Source of the DNA: a virus
DNA length: 64,000 bases
Reading direction: 5' to 3' (one strand)
Virus record (IMG/VR): IMGVR_UViG_3300013286_000010
Coordinates: 1 to 64,000 of that record
Shown in pieces: positions 7,807 to 17,814 of the stretch. The notes beneath the pieces were generated by a model. It saw only the letters and a program-made list of their open reading frames with translations. It was not told the DNA's origin and made no database searches. Made by a program: the position numbers and the translations under genes. The first letter of the stretch is position 1. Each line of letters begins with the position of its first letter.

Positions 7807-8274
7807 ATGGCAAAATACGAAACAAAACAGCATAGAAAAATCTACGAACAATATCATGGCATAAAAATTCCAAAAGGAATGGAGATACATCATATAGATG
7901 GAACCCATGCTAATAATGATATTAATAATCTTAAATTAGTTACATGGCAAGAACATTACGATATTCATTATTCGCAAGGTGATTGGGCCGCTTGTTTATT
8001 AATTTCTGGAAGACATTCTATACCTCCGGAAGAAAGAAGCAGATTAGCATCATTAGCCGCTACTAAAGCAAATAAAGAAGGTAAGTGTGGATTTAAATTA
8101 GGACACGCATCTGCTGCCGGAAAAATAGGCGGAAAAAAGGGAGGTAACTATGCTAAAGAAAATCGCACAGGTATTTTTGCTTTAAGTCCTGAAAAAAATA
8201 AAGAAAGGCATCTCAATTCTGTTATATCAAAATTAATAAAAAATGGTAAGATGTGTGCTTGGCCACAACAATAA
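7807..8274 (+). CDS. HNH endonuclease (free-standing homing-endonuclease-like)
   Basis: EIHHIDG.H.NN...NL..V...EH motif. Confidence 0.85.
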   Translation: MAKYETKQHRKIYEQYHGIKIPKGMEIHHIDGTHANNDINNLKLVTWQEHYDIHYSQGDWAACLLISGRHSIPPEERSRLASLAATKANKEGKCGFKLGHASAAGKIGGKKGGNYAKENRTGIFALSPEKNKERHLNSVISKLIKNGKMCAWPQQ

Positions 8275-8278
8275 AAAT

Positions 8279-8307
8279 TTGACACTTCTCCTTGTGTAGT
8301 ATATACT
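8279..8307 (+). promoter_or_regulatory. sigma70-type promoter
   Basis: TTGACA-17 nt-TATACT. Confidence 0.75.
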
Positions 8308-8327
8308 AGCTAACAAGGAGATTTTTT

Positions 8328-8600
8328 ATGAGTAAAGCGTTTGGAGCCCCAGAGCAGGCCAAAATTAAACAAATCGTTGCAGAGGGAATGACGGTAATGC
8401 AGGAAATTCAAGACCTAACTGAAGGTCTCAACGAAACCATCAAAGCTGTAGCAGAAGAACTAGAAGTCAAGCCCAGTGTTATCAAGAAGGCAATTAAGAT
8501 TGCACAGAAAGATACATGGGATCAAGTGTTCCGCGAATTCGACGACTTGGAAACTATTGTGGATATCAGTGGTCACAGCTTCCGTCGTGAGGATCAATGA
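8328..8600 (+). CDS. dsDNA-binding protein, T4 DsbA/GapR-like
   Basis: 90-aa helical protein with I.AVAEEL...P.VIKKAIKIA pattern; strong SD AGGAG. Confidence 0.55.
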   Translation: MSKAFGAPEQAKIKQIVAEGMTVMQEIQDLTEGLNETIKAVAEELEVKPSVIKKAIKIAQKDTWDQVFREFDDLETIVDISGHSFRREDQ

Positions 8601-8893
8601 TCAAAATATTCAAGCCAACATTAGAATGGATCAAAAATGACTACCGTACTAATCCTTTTCGCTTCTGCATTGAGCTGCTTGCTTGGGGCATTAGTATCGG
8701 GTGTTCGATTACCATGGCTATTACAGTCCCGAATCCGCCCCTACTATCTCTCTATCCTATTTGGATCCTCGGCTGCGGTCTCTACGCTTGGGCTGCTTTT
8801 AGCCGGAAATCTTTTGGCATGCTGGCTAACTATATCCTGCTGGTTAGTATAGATTCTATTGGCCTAGTTAGAATGATGGCTAAATATTTTTAA
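8597..8893 (+). CDS. small membrane protein
   Basis: Three hydrophobic segments; ATGA coupling. Confidence 0.65.
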   Translation: MIKIFKPTLEWIKNDYRTNPFRFCIELLAWGISIGCSITMAITVPNPPLLSLYPIWILGCGLYAWAAFSRKSFGMLANYILLVSIDSIGLVRMMAKYF

Positions 8894-8895
8894 GA

Positions 8896-8951
8896 ATGGT
8901 ACGATCAACCATAAGTGATCAACAAGGTATGTGTATGCCGCAAATTACACA
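8896..8951 (+). promoter_or_regulatory. tandem H-type pseudoknot candidate in DNA polymerase leader
   Basis: ATGGT/ACCAT crossed by GATCA/TGATC; GGT/GCC crossed by TGTGTA/TACACA, abutting the SD. Confidence 0.45.
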
Positions 8952-8963
8952 AGGGAGAAAAAT

Positions 8964-11633
8964 ATGAGTTATGTCGATGCTCGGTGGGACCGAGAAAAGG
9001 ACATCGTTCAGGTTATTGAACGTGATCCAAAGAAAGGCAGGTTGTATCAAGAATACCCTGCAAAGTATATGTTCTATTACCCAGACCAACGGGGTAAGTA
9101 TAAATCCATTCACGGAGAGAATCTTTCAAAAGTTACAGCCCGTAATTGGAAAGAGTTCATTAAAGAACAGAAAATTCACAGCGCACACAAGCTATACGAA
9201 AGTGATATTAATCCAGTATTCCGTTGTCTAGAAGAAAATTATCTAGGTAAAGATGCCCCAAAACTAAATGTTGCGTTCTTCGACATTGAGGTGGACTTCG
9301 ATCCAGAACGTGGCTACAGCACTCCTGAAGATGCTTTCATGCCAATTACTGCTATCGCTGTTCACCTACAATGGTTAGATACGCTTGTTTGTCTTGCTGT
9401 GCCGCCAAAGACACTGACTATGGAACAGGCACAAGACCAAATCAAAGACTTTCCTAATACTATGTTGTTTGAAACAGAACACGAGATGTTAGATACTTTC
9501 CTAGATCTTATACAAGACAGTGATGTATTAAGTGGATGGAACAGCGAAGGCTTTGATATTCCATATACAGTAAATAGAGTAACAAAGGTCTTGAGTAAAG
9601 AGGATACACGTAGATTCTGTTTATGGGACCAAATGCCAAAGAAACGGGAGTACGAAAAGTATGGAAAAGCGGCTGTTACTTATGACCTTATTGGTCGTGT
9701 TCATCTGGACAGTCTCGAGTTGTACCGCAAGTACACCTATGAAGAACGCCACACCTACCGATTGGATGCAATCGGAGAGATGGAGGTAGGAGAATCTAAA
9801 ACTGTCTATGAAGGCACATTAGATCAACTATACAACAACGACTTCCGTAAGTTTATCGAATACAACAGGCAGGATACTGCACTGTTAGATAAACTAGATA
9901 AGAAACTAAAGTTCCTAGACCTTGCCTGCACCATCGCACACGAGAACACAGTGTTGCTACAGACTACAATGGGTGCTGTTGCAGTGACTGAACAGGCTAT
10001 TGTAAACGAAGCTCACCATCGTGGACTGATTGTTCCAAGTCGCCCCAAACGAGATGAGGATGCTAACAATCAGGCAGCAGGTGCATATGTTGCATATCCT
10101 AAAAAAGGATTACATGATTACATCGGTTCGATGGACATTAACAGTCTGTATCCTTCAGTGATTCGTGCCCTTAACATGGGTCCAGAAACAATTATTGGTC
10201 AGTTGCGTCAGGATTACACCAAGGCAGAAATTGATGCCAAGATTGCCAAAGGATCTAGCTTTGCGGCTGCATGGGAAGGTAAGTTCGGCAGTAACGAATA
10301 TGAATTTGTTATGGCAAAAGATCGAACTAACGATGTTATCATCGATTGGGAGAATGGCGAAACAGATGTAATGAGTGGCGCACAGATCTATGAACTGATC
10401 TTTGAAAGTAATAAACCTTGGATGTTAAGTGCTAATGGAACAATCTTTACACACGAACGCGAAGGTATTATTCCCGGTTTGTTAAAGCGTTGGTATGCTG
10501 AACGAAAAGAGATGCAGGCTAAACTAAAAGAATGTATCAAAGCGGAGAATAAAATTGAAGAAGAATATTGGGACAAACGTCAATTGGTTAAGAAAATTAA
10601 CCTCAATAGTTTATACGGTGCTATTCTTAATGCTGGTTGTCGTTTCTTTGATAACCGTATTGGTCAATCAACCACCCTTACAGGGCGTGGAATTGCCCGA
10701 CATATGGCTGCTAAAATCAATGAGGTTATCACCGGAGAATACGACCACGTTGGAAAATCAATCATCTACGGTGATACAGACTCTGCATATTTCAGTGCCT
10801 ACAATTCACTAAAGGTTGAAATTGCCAAAGGACAGATACCTTGGGATAAGAACACAGTGGTGCAACTGTATGACACTATTGCCGATGAAGTTAACAGTAC
10901 ATTCCCACAGTTCATGTCGGATGCACATCACTGTCCAAAGAGTCGTGGTGAAGTTATTAAAGCAGGACGTGAGATTGTTGCTATCAAAGGTCTGTTCATT
11001 ACCAAGAAGCGTTATGCAGTTCTTTATTACGATAAAGAAGGCAAGCGTAGTGACGTAGATGGCAAGCCAGGTAAGATTAAAGCCATGGGTTTGGATTTGA
11101 AGCGCAGTGATACTCCGGAATTTATGCAGAAGTTCTTGGAAGAAGTACTGACAAAAGTTCTAAATAATGCTCAAGAGTCAGAAATTCTAGAGATGATTAC
11201 AGAGTTTAGAACTGAATTTAAAGCCCGGCCAGGTTGGGAGAAAGGCAGTCCTAAACGAGCTAACAACATTGCCGAGTATCAAAAGAAAGAAGAAAAACAA
11301 GGCAAGGCCAATATGCCCGGACACGTTCGTGCTGCCATTAACTGGAATACATTAAAACGTATGAACGGCGACAAATATAGTCAACAAATTGTTGACGGTA
11401 TGAAAGTTATTGTCTGCAAGGTCAAGGCAAATCCATTGGGTTATACAAGTATTGCATATCCAGTTGATGAATTGCGTTTGCCAAAGTGGTTCCAAGAACT
11501 GCCATTTGATCATGCAGAAATGGAAGCTACCATTATCAATAACAAGCTAGATAACCTCATCGGTGTTCTAGACTGGGATCTTAATTCCACAACTGAAACA
11601 AATACATTTCACAGCTTATTCAGCTTTGACTAA
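8964..11633 (+). CDS. family B DNA polymerase (T4 gp43-like)
   Basis: Exo DIE, YN..D; Pol DINSLYPS, K..LNS.YG, YGDTDS, KKRY; start ATG 8964 after GGGAG. Confidence 0.97.
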   Translation: MSYVDARWDREKDIVQVIERDPKKGRLYQEYPAKYMFYYPDQRGKYKSIHGENLSKVTARNWKEFIKEQKIHSAHKLYESDINPVFRCLEENYLGKDAPKLNVAFFDIEVDFDPERGYSTPEDAFMPITAIAVHLQWLDTLVCLAVPPKTLTMEQAQDQIKDFPNTMLFETEHEMLDTFLDLIQDSDVLSGWNSEGFDIPYTVNRVTKVLSKEDTRRFCLWDQMPKKREYEKYGKAAVTYDLIGRVHLDSLELYRKYTYEERHTYRLDAIGEMEVGESKTVYEGTLDQLYNNDFRKFIEYNRQDTALLDKLDKKLKFLDLACTIAHENTVLLQTTMGAVAVTEQAIVNEAHHRGLIVPSRPKRDEDANNQAAGAYVAYPKKGLHDYIGSMDINSLYPSVIRALNMGPETIIGQLRQDYTKAEIDAKIAKGSSFAAAWEGKFGSNEYEFVMAKDRTNDVIIDWENGETDVMSGAQIYELIFESNKPWMLSANGTIFTHEREGIIPGLLKRWYAERKEMQAKLKECIKAENKIEEEYWDKRQLVKKINLNSLYGAILNAGCRFFDNRIGQSTTLTGRGIARHMAAKINEVITGEYDHVGKSIIYGDTDSAYFSAYNSLKVEIAKGQIPWDKNTVVQLYDTIADEVNSTFPQFMSDAHHCPKSRGEVIKAGREIVAIKGLFITKKRYAVLYYDKEGKRSDVDGKPGKIKAMGLDLKRSDTPEFMQKFLEEVLTKVLNNAQESEILEMITEFRTEFKARPGWEKGSPKRANNIAEYQKKEEKQGKANMPGHVRAAINWNTLKRMNGDKYSQQIVDGMKVIVCKVKANPLGYTSIAYPVDELRLPKWFQELPFDHAEMEATIINNKLDNLIGVLDWDLNSTTETNTFHSLFSFD

Positions 11634-11641
11634 AATATTTG

Positions 11642-11670
11642 TTGACATTTACTCTAAATCTAAATAAACT
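11642..11670 (+). promoter_or_regulatory. sigma70-type promoter
   Basis: TTGACA-17 nt-TAAACT (a TAAATA also overlaps at 11661-11666). Confidence 0.6.
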
Positions 11671-11687
11671 TATACAAAGGAAACATT

Positions 11688-12437
11688 ATGACATCAAACC
11701 CCATGCAAAGCATATTACAAGACATCGTTGCTCACACCAACAAACTAGGCTTTTTGAACATTGTAAAAATTACAGGTACAGAAGCTAAAACATTGATCGA
11801 CTCTATGGCAGATGACCGTAGCGTTATCATGTATGCAGAAACTACCAATCCACATCCCAACATGATTGGAACATTTGGTATGCCACAGCTTGAGAAACTT
11901 CGCTATCTAGTAGATGGTAAAGAATATCAAGAAGATGCTAAAATTGAAGTTGTCACAGGTCAACGCAACGGTGAAGAAATCCCAGTCGGTCTCCACTTTG
12001 AAAACAAAGACGGTGACTTCAAGAACGATTACCGTTTCATGAATCAAGATATTATCAACGAGAAATTGAAGACTGTCAAGTTCCGTGGCGTTAACTGGCA
12101 CGTTGAAGTTGCTCCTACAGTCAGTGCTGTACAGCGTTTCCAATTCCAAGCAGGTGCTAACACAGAGCACACAACATTCTTGGCTAAAACAGATGGCGAC
12201 AAATTGATCTTTACATTTGGTGATCAAGCTAGTCATGGTGGCGAGTTTGTATTTGCCACAGGCGTTACTGGTAAGATTACCAAAGCGTGGACATGGCCTG
12301 TTATGCCAGTGTTGAGCATTTTGAAGATTGCAGATGCTAACAATGCTAAAATTGGTTTTAGTAATGATGGCGCTATGCAGATTGAATTAGACAGCGGTCT
12401 TGCTACTTACAAATACATTATTCCAGCACAGGCATGA
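11688..12437 (+). CDS. sliding clamp (gp45/PCNA-like)
   Basis: ~250 aa, directly after polymerase, PCNA-like C-terminus GAMQIELDSGLATYKYIIPA. Confidence 0.6.
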   Translation: MTSNPMQSILQDIVAHTNKLGFLNIVKITGTEAKTLIDSMADDRSVIMYAETTNPHPNMIGTFGMPQLEKLRYLVDGKEYQEDAKIEVVTGQRNGEEIPVGLHFENKDGDFKNDYRFMNQDIINEKLKTVKFRGVNWHVEVAPTVSAVQRFQFQAGANTEHTTFLAKTDGDKLIFTFGDQASHGGEFVFATGVTGKITKAWTWPVMPVLSILKIADANNAKIGFSNDGAMQIELDSGLATYKYIIPAQA

Positions 12438-12805
12438 TAAAAGGGATATCCCAAGGCGGGCGTTATATTACGGTAACTGGAGGTAGTCCTTCCAACCCCT
12501 ATATTTCGCCTGGCAGTCAATCAGCAGGCATGATGCGCTATAATACCAACATGAATACTGTAGAAGTGTATGATGGGCAATCTTGGAAAGATATTAGTTC
12601 AAATTATGCCAACATATCATTAACTATGGAAGCAGAATCGTTGCTCGATTGGGCTCGTAAAAAGCGTGATGAAGAATTACAATACAAATCATTAGCCGAG
12701 AGTCATCCTGCTGTTAAAATTGCCATGGACAATTTAGAGAAGGCTAAACTACAATTAGATGCTACAATAATATTAAGTAAAGAACATGATACATCAACAA
12801 GTTAA
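12434..12805 (+). CDS. hypothetical protein
   Basis: ATGA-coupled ORF, 123 aa. Confidence 0.7.
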   Translation: MIKGISQGGRYITVTGGSPSNPYISPGSQSAGMMRYNTNMNTVEVYDGQSWKDISSNYANISLTMEAESLLDWARKKRDEELQYKSLAESHPAVKIAMDNLEKAKLQLDATIILSKEHDTSTS

Positions 12806-14417
12806 TTTAACACCATTACAGCAGGATTATGCTGTATATCTTCCGGCCATCAGCTCGTTTTACAGCACCTATATTGCTAAACAACGTTTAGAAAAGTTTA
12901 TCTCCGACGATCGTATTCCCGCTGGATTTGATCGCGGCGTTGAAGGTATGAACTTCCTTAATCCAGAACAAGGATACTTTACTTACAAGTACGGTTTGTA
13001 TTCAGCAGGTCACGCACAGTTAGATCTACAAAAGAGTCTTACACAAGAGTCAATGATCCAACAACGTGATCGTAATAACACCATGATTCTAGGCGACTCC
13101 GGTGGATACCAGATTGGTAAGGGTGTTCTTAAGTTTGATTGGTTAGATTTTGAAGGTAAAGAAGCCACAAAGACTCGTCAGAAGATTCTTGAGTGGTTAG
13201 AAGTAACTGCTGACTGGTCAATGATGCTAGACGTTCCTACTTGGGCATGTGACCATATTCACAGTCCAAAGACTGGATTGAAAACATTTGAAGACTGTCT
13301 AGACAAAACACGTTATAACAACGATTACTTCTTAATGAATCGGTTGGGTCAAACTAAATGGCTTAACGTGCTACAAGGTGGCGATTGGGAAACTGCCGAG
13401 AAATGGTACGACGGTGTTAAAGAATTCAGCGATCCAGCAGGTAAGTATGCGGGTCGCGAAGCAGAAGGTTGGGCCTTTGGTGGCGCTAACATGTGCAAAA
13501 TGGATATCACGTTAAAGCGTCTCATGACCTTGCGTGAAGACGGTTTGCTGAAGGGCAAAAACTGGATCCACTTCTTGGGTACAGCGCAACTTGACTGGAG
13601 TTGTTACTTAACTTTAATCCAAAGACAAATCAGGAAACATATCAATGAAGAAATTACCATATCTTTTGACTGCGCCTCACCTTTCATCGCAACAGCGCAC
13701 GGACTTGTCTACACGAACGCCCAGCACACGCCAAAAAGGTGGAGTGTTATTATGGACAAAGCCCCAGACAACAAATCACTGTCAGGAAGCGACATCCCGT
13801 TCCCATTCGAGTCAAGTATCGGTCGCAGACTAACAATGGCAGACATTGCCTATTATAATCTAGGCGAGCGTAAAACTGATAAAGAACTAAATGGTGTCAA
13901 GTTTGATCACTTAAATCCAGATCACTATCATGTTGTTCCGCGCCGTAACAAGCTAGATAAGATTCCTAACAAAACATCGTGGGACAGTTTTGCCTATGCA
14001 TTAATGATGGGTCATAACGTAGAATGTCATATTGTTGCTGTACAACGTGCTCAACAATTAATGGACATTGAGATTGCCAAAGTTAAAGATCGGCTAACAT
14101 GGAAACAATGGAAGAAGGTCAAAGGCTCTGATATGAGCGACGAGCACAGCGATTGGGTTCCGCGTAATATCTTGTATTTCTCTAGTCTAATTAAAGACTT
14201 GTTTAATACCAAGACCAAGGCAGAAGCATTTGATATGATTGATAAAGCTGGTCCCTTCCTGCGTAGTTTAGAAGGTGCTCGCTTGCAAGGTGGTCCTGCT
14301 CAAAACACCTTTGGAAATTTGTTCGAAATTGAACAAGTAACATCAGTTGAAGAAATTGATTTAGCTAATCCAGATGACGACGAATTGAGAGCACTTGAAG
14401 AAGCTATAGGAGAATAA
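12786..14417 (+). CDS. dpdA: TGT-fold guanine transglycosylase (DpdA-like, 7-deazaguanine insertion into DNA)
   Basis: GDSGGYQ, MLDVP, VLQG, IHFLG, SFDCAS motifs; clustered with QueE and QueD-like genes. Confidence 0.75.
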   Translation: MIHQQVNLTPLQQDYAVYLPAISSFYSTYIAKQRLEKFISDDRIPAGFDRGVEGMNFLNPEQGYFTYKYGLYSAGHAQLDLQKSLTQESMIQQRDRNNTMILGDSGGYQIGKGVLKFDWLDFEGKEATKTRQKILEWLEVTADWSMMLDVPTWACDHIHSPKTGLKTFEDCLDKTRYNNDYFLMNRLGQTKWLNVLQGGDWETAEKWYDGVKEFSDPAGKYAGREAEGWAFGGANMCKMDITLKRLMTLREDGLLKGKNWIHFLGTAQLDWSCYLTLIQRQIRKHINEEITISFDCASPFIATAHGLVYTNAQHTPKRWSVIMDKAPDNKSLSGSDIPFPFESSIGRRLTMADIAYYNLGERKTDKELNGVKFDHLNPDHYHVVPRRNKLDKIPNKTSWDSFAYALMMGHNVECHIVAVQRAQQLMDIEIAKVKDRLTWKQWKKVKGSDMSDEHSDWVPRNILYFSSLIKDLFNTKTKAEAFDMIDKAGPFLRSLEGARLQGGPAQNTFGNLFEIEQVTSVEEIDLANPDDDELRALEEAIGE

Positions 14418-14418
14418 T

Positions 14419-14655
14419 ATGGCAACACGTAAAAAGAAAACAGATGTTATTATATCTGCTGATATTGCAGAAATGACAGGACCTAAAGTAGTCAAAGGTA
14501 ATCACTTAACAGTGACCACACACCCAGATGGTAGAACAGATTTAGCATGGGATGATGATGCATTGTTAGCAGAAGTCCAAGCAGCATTGGCTAGTGTAGG
14601 AATTAAACCAAAACGTAAAACAAAGTTAAAACAAGACGGCAACTTGGACAATTAA
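14419..14655 (+). CDS. hypothetical protein
   Basis: SD AGGAG, 78 aa. Confidence 0.7.
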   Translation: MATRKKKTDVIISADIAEMTGPKVVKGNHLTVTTHPDGRTDLAWDDDALLAEVQAALASVGIKPKRKTKLKQDGNLDN

Positions 14656-14659
14656 GCTA

Positions 14660-14688
14660 TTGACTCATACTATAAAACCTGCTACAAT
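14660..14688 (+). promoter_or_regulatory. sigma70-type promoter
   Basis: TTGACT-17 nt-TACAAT, 6 nt before ATG 14695 (possibly leaderless). Confidence 0.6.
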
Positions 14689-14694
14689 TAATTT

Positions 14695-15207
14695 ATGAAA
14701 CGTGATTACACAACTGGCGAAGCTGATAACATTCAATTCTTTATTGGTAAAGAAGTTGAGCATACACCTGCATTTGGAAAACTAACCTTGTTTGTTACAG
14801 GTATTCATTCCGCAGAGGAGATTGCCCTAAACTTAAATGGCGCAGAACATATCTTCTTTGGTGCTAATCACAGCTTTAATCCGCAAAATAATTTGGAATG
14901 GCAACGTTGGGAAACTATGATTGAATTCTTTTTACGTAAAGAATATTTGTGTAGTTTAGATATTCCAATGAGTGCTGTAGAAGAATTTAATGAAAACGGT
15001 CTTAACGATTACAATAACTTTATTCCGCAAATTCGTGTCCCAATTCCCTACATTAAATTGTGGAACTACAATACAATGATTAAAATTGATGATAAAGATT
15101 TTAATGCAACTAACCCAGGTGTATGGTCACACAGTCTACATGCACTTAAAGACCGTAGTAAGTTTACGGACTGGGCACAATATAAAAATGACAAGGTAAT
15201 TAAATGA
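14695..15207 (+). CDS. hypothetical protein in DNA-modification cluster
   Basis: 170-aa ORF, G.EVEHTP..G..TLFV, KIDD..F...NPGVW. Confidence 0.75.
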   Translation: MKRDYTTGEADNIQFFIGKEVEHTPAFGKLTLFVTGIHSAEEIALNLNGAEHIFFGANHSFNPQNNLEWQRWETMIEFFLRKEYLCSLDIPMSAVEEFNENGLNDYNNFIPQIRVPIPYIKLWNYNTMIKIDDKDFNATNPGVWSHSLHALKDRSKFTDWAQYKNDKVIK

Positions 15208-15371
15208 TTAATCCTAAACTAACAAAAACAACTCCACAAACAAGCGAAGAGCGACTGTTTAAGTTACTAGAAGGTATTGACTGGAAGCTATGGGAAATAT
15301 ATAATATGATGAAAGACAATCTCCCAGAAAAGGCAAATACTAAAAAATCTGTAAAGAAAGTAAACGAATGA
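15204..15371 (+). CDS. 55-aa hypothetical protein (absent from ORF track)
   Basis: ATGA overlaps at both ends; MINPKLTK...IDWKLWEIYN...KKVNE. Confidence 0.65.
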   Translation: MINPKLTKTTPQTSEERLFKLLEGIDWKLWEIYNMMKDNLPEKANTKKSVKKVNE

Positions 15372-15721
15372 ATAAAACATATATTCGAGTACGCACAGAA
15401 TTTGAAGGCTTTCATTTCTACCCAGGTGCAGGATCAATTAATCCTAAAATTGCATTCCTAGAAAAAGAACATCGTCACATGTTTAAAGTAGAAGTAAAGA
15501 TTTCAGTTGATCATCTTGACAGAGAATTAGAGTTTTTTCTAGTCAAATGGGCACTACAAGATTTCATCAAATCGGGCAATCAAAATCATAAGAGCTGCGA
15601 AATGATGGCAACAGATATTCTGCAACAACATTTAATTCCCAACTACGGATATCAAAGATACTATGAGATCACAGTTTCCGAAGATGGCGAATCGGATGGC
15701 ATTGTAGAATATATTCCCTAA
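15368..15721 (+). CDS. QueD-like T-fold protein (DpdL-type, putative CDG decarboxylase)
   Basis: LxxxHRHxF (LEKEHRHMF) in place of QueD CxxxHGH; SCE and V.ED.E T-fold motifs. Confidence 0.65.
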   Translation: MNKTYIRVRTEFEGFHFYPGAGSINPKIAFLEKEHRHMFKVEVKISVDHLDRELEFFLVKWALQDFIKSGNQNHKSCEMMATDILQQHLIPNYGYQRYYEITVSEDGESDGIVEYIP

Positions 15722-15755
15722 ACTTTTTATCAACTTCCAATTAAGGAAAAACAAA

Positions 15756-15983
15756 ATGGCAAATCTTTCTGCCCATGTTCAAAAAACTCTCCGCATGAAA
15801 CCCGAAGTTACTCGGATCTTTGATGATCTTGATAACTGGTTGGACTATTGCCGGTTCAATATGATTGCATTTAATCCCAGTGATTTGTATCGCAGTCAAG
15901 AGTATCGCAACTTCCAGCGTGGACAAGAATATCTTGAACGTAAGGCTCGTCGCGAAAATCGAGCACCACGTCAGGAATATTAA
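15756..15983 (+). CDS. hypothetical protein
   Basis: SD AAGGA, 75 aa, fits between neighbours. Confidence 0.7.
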   Translation: MANLSAHVQKTLRMKPEVTRIFDDLDNWLDYCRFNMIAFNPSDLYRSQEYRNFQRGQEYLERKARRENRAPRQEY

Positions 15984-15984
15984 A

Positions 15985-17088
15985 ATGGCGAACGTTTTCC
16001 TAGTTGATCTGGAAAGCGTAGAAACTAGGTACACGGGACAATGGAAGTCTCATGTACCTAATCTACTTAAAAAGGCAGGACATAATGTTCAAGTTATCTG
16101 TGGCCCTGAGGATATTCCTTCTGCTACCACTCCAGGCGCTTTTCTTAATTTTGGTGGCACCAATATATATAAGTCTCGTCAAGTTGAAACCATGGGTAGG
16201 CTATTTTGTGACGGAGCCGTTCGCCCCGGCGATCACTTTGTTTTTACTGATGCTTGGCACCCTGGCATTATCAACCTAAAGTACATGAGTGAATTACTGG
16301 GTATTCCTGTAGTTACACATGGGCTTTGGCATGCTGGCAGTTATGATCCTCAAGACTTCCTAGGTCGGCTAGTTGGCAATAAGCCTTGGGTTAGACATGC
16401 AGAACAGAGTTTCTTCTATGCGTTTGATCATAACTACTTTGCTACAGAATTTCATATTGAATTATTCCATAGAGAATTACTCAACGGTGGATTTCAAACT
16501 GAAAATCCTTGGTACGAAGAAGAACTTGCAGAAATACTAAACGGCGAGTACACAAAGATTGTACGCACAGGTTGGCCCATGGAATATATGAACAGTACAT
16601 TGACCATGTACAAGAATATGCCCAAGCGTGACTTAATTCTTTTTCCACATCGCATTGCACCAGAGAAGCAAGTTGAAATATTCAGAGACTTGGCTACACA
16701 CTTACCGCAGTATGAATTTGTAGTGTGTCAGGATCAACAACTAACAAAGAATGAATACCATAATTTACTAGGTGAAGCTAATATTGTGTTTAGTGCAAAC
16801 TTGCAAGAAACACTGGGCATTAGTTGTTACGAAGGTGCATTGGTTGATGCCATTCCTATGGTACCAGATCGGTTGTCATACAGTGAAATGTATTACGATG
16901 GATTCAAGTATCCCAGTGAATGGACACAGGACTGGGACAGTTATTTGCAACATAGACAAGAGTTATGTCATCACATCGTTGTAACAATGACACACTATGA
17001 AAAGAGTCTTCCGCAATTACGCAAGCAGGCAACTGATTTAACAGAAAAGTTTTTTAGTGCAAATAAACTGTTGGAGATGATCAAATGA
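15985..17088 (+). CDS. GT-B (GT4-like) glycosyltransferase
   Basis: FPHR..PEK, ETLGIS..EG, P..P..LSY.E motifs; start ATG 15985. Confidence 0.8.
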   Translation: MANVFLVDLESVETRYTGQWKSHVPNLLKKAGHNVQVICGPEDIPSATTPGAFLNFGGTNIYKSRQVETMGRLFCDGAVRPGDHFVFTDAWHPGIINLKYMSELLGIPVVTHGLWHAGSYDPQDFLGRLVGNKPWVRHAEQSFFYAFDHNYFATEFHIELFHRELLNGGFQTENPWYEEELAEILNGEYTKIVRTGWPMEYMNSTLTMYKNMPKRDLILFPHRIAPEKQVEIFRDLATHLPQYEFVVCQDQQLTKNEYHNLLGEANIVFSANLQETLGISCYEGALVDAIPMVPDRLSYSEMYYDGFKYPSEWTQDWDSYLQHRQELCHHIVVTMTHYEKSLPQLRKQATDLTEKFFSANKLLEMIK

Positions 17089-17546
17089 AATGGTTATTAA
17101 ACTTTTTAGAACGTGTCGGTCGTAAACGTGTTGTAATGGATAGACAAGCAAATGAACCGTATCTCGAACGCTACTATATTTTTCTTAAGGATCGAAAGCA
17201 TTTCCCCTTTAATGTGTTCATTCACAAGTTTCTTAAGTCAGACCCCGACGATGTGCATGATCATCCATGGCCTTACGCTACGCTTATCTTGAAAGGCGGT
17301 TATTACGAATGGACTCCGTTGTTTGATGGAAAAGGAAAGAAGATTGCAGAAACCTGCACATGGCGCGGACCTGGACATTTCCGTATTTCAAGTGCCAGTA
17401 GCTATCATCGAATTGAGCTCGATCCTGCTGTAGAGTGTTGGACTATGTTTATGCCCGGACCACAAAAACGTGAATGGGGTTTCCTTGTCAATAACAAGTG
17501 GATTCACAACGATGTTTATCTAACACAGCGAGCGACTCATGAATGA
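17085..17546 (+). CDS. cupin-fold protein
   Basis: HDHPW....ILKGGYYE and HRIEL motifs. Confidence 0.75.
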   Translation: MKWLLNFLERVGRKRVVMDRQANEPYLERYYIFLKDRKHFPFNVFIHKFLKSDPDDVHDHPWPYATLILKGGYYEWTPLFDGKGKKIAETCTWRGPGHFRISSASSYHRIELDPAVECWTMFMPGPQKREWGFLVNNKWIHNDVYLTQRATHE

Positions 17547-17814
17547 TAAAATCAAAGAAGCGATGGGCATTTTACAAGAAGAATGTGCTGAAGTTATTGT
17601 AGAGGTTAGTAAGTGTAATAGATTTGGTATCAATTCTCTACACTACAAAGCAGGCCTAGCACATAACAAGATGCTAGAAATTGAAGTCGGCGATGTTCTT
17701 GCAATGGTTGATATTTTAATCGAGCAAGGTGTATTAGATACACAAGCATTAGATAGTGCCAAAGCTGCAAAAAGAGAAAAATTAAAAGTTTGGTCAACTA
17801 TCTTTACAGATTAA
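17539..17814 (+). CDS. MazG-like NTP pyrophosphohydrolase
   Basis: EECAE...EVGD motif. Confidence 0.75.
   Translation: MNDKIKEAMGILQEECAEVIVEVSKCNRFGINSLHYKAGLAHNKMLEIEVGDVLAMVDILIEQGVLDTQALDSAKAAKREKLKVWSTIFTD

Noticed and set aside
8896-8951. preQ1 riboswitch, given the nearby Que genes
   Set aside because: Lacks the A-rich 3' tail and loop consensus, and lies upstream of the polymerase rather than Que genes
8964-11633. Intein or intron in the DNA polymerase
   Set aside because: About 890 aa, continuous motifs, no intein termini
12786-14417. Ordinary tRNA-guanine transglycosylase (tgt)
   Set aside because: Longer and divergent, lacks the CxCxxC zinc site of bacterial Tgt, and sits among replication genes; a DNA-acting DpdA is more plausible though untested
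15865-15984. Longer N-terminus of the glycosyltransferase from the ORF track
   Set aside because: Overlaps the SD-supported 15756-15983 gene; ATG 15985 fits the operon packing
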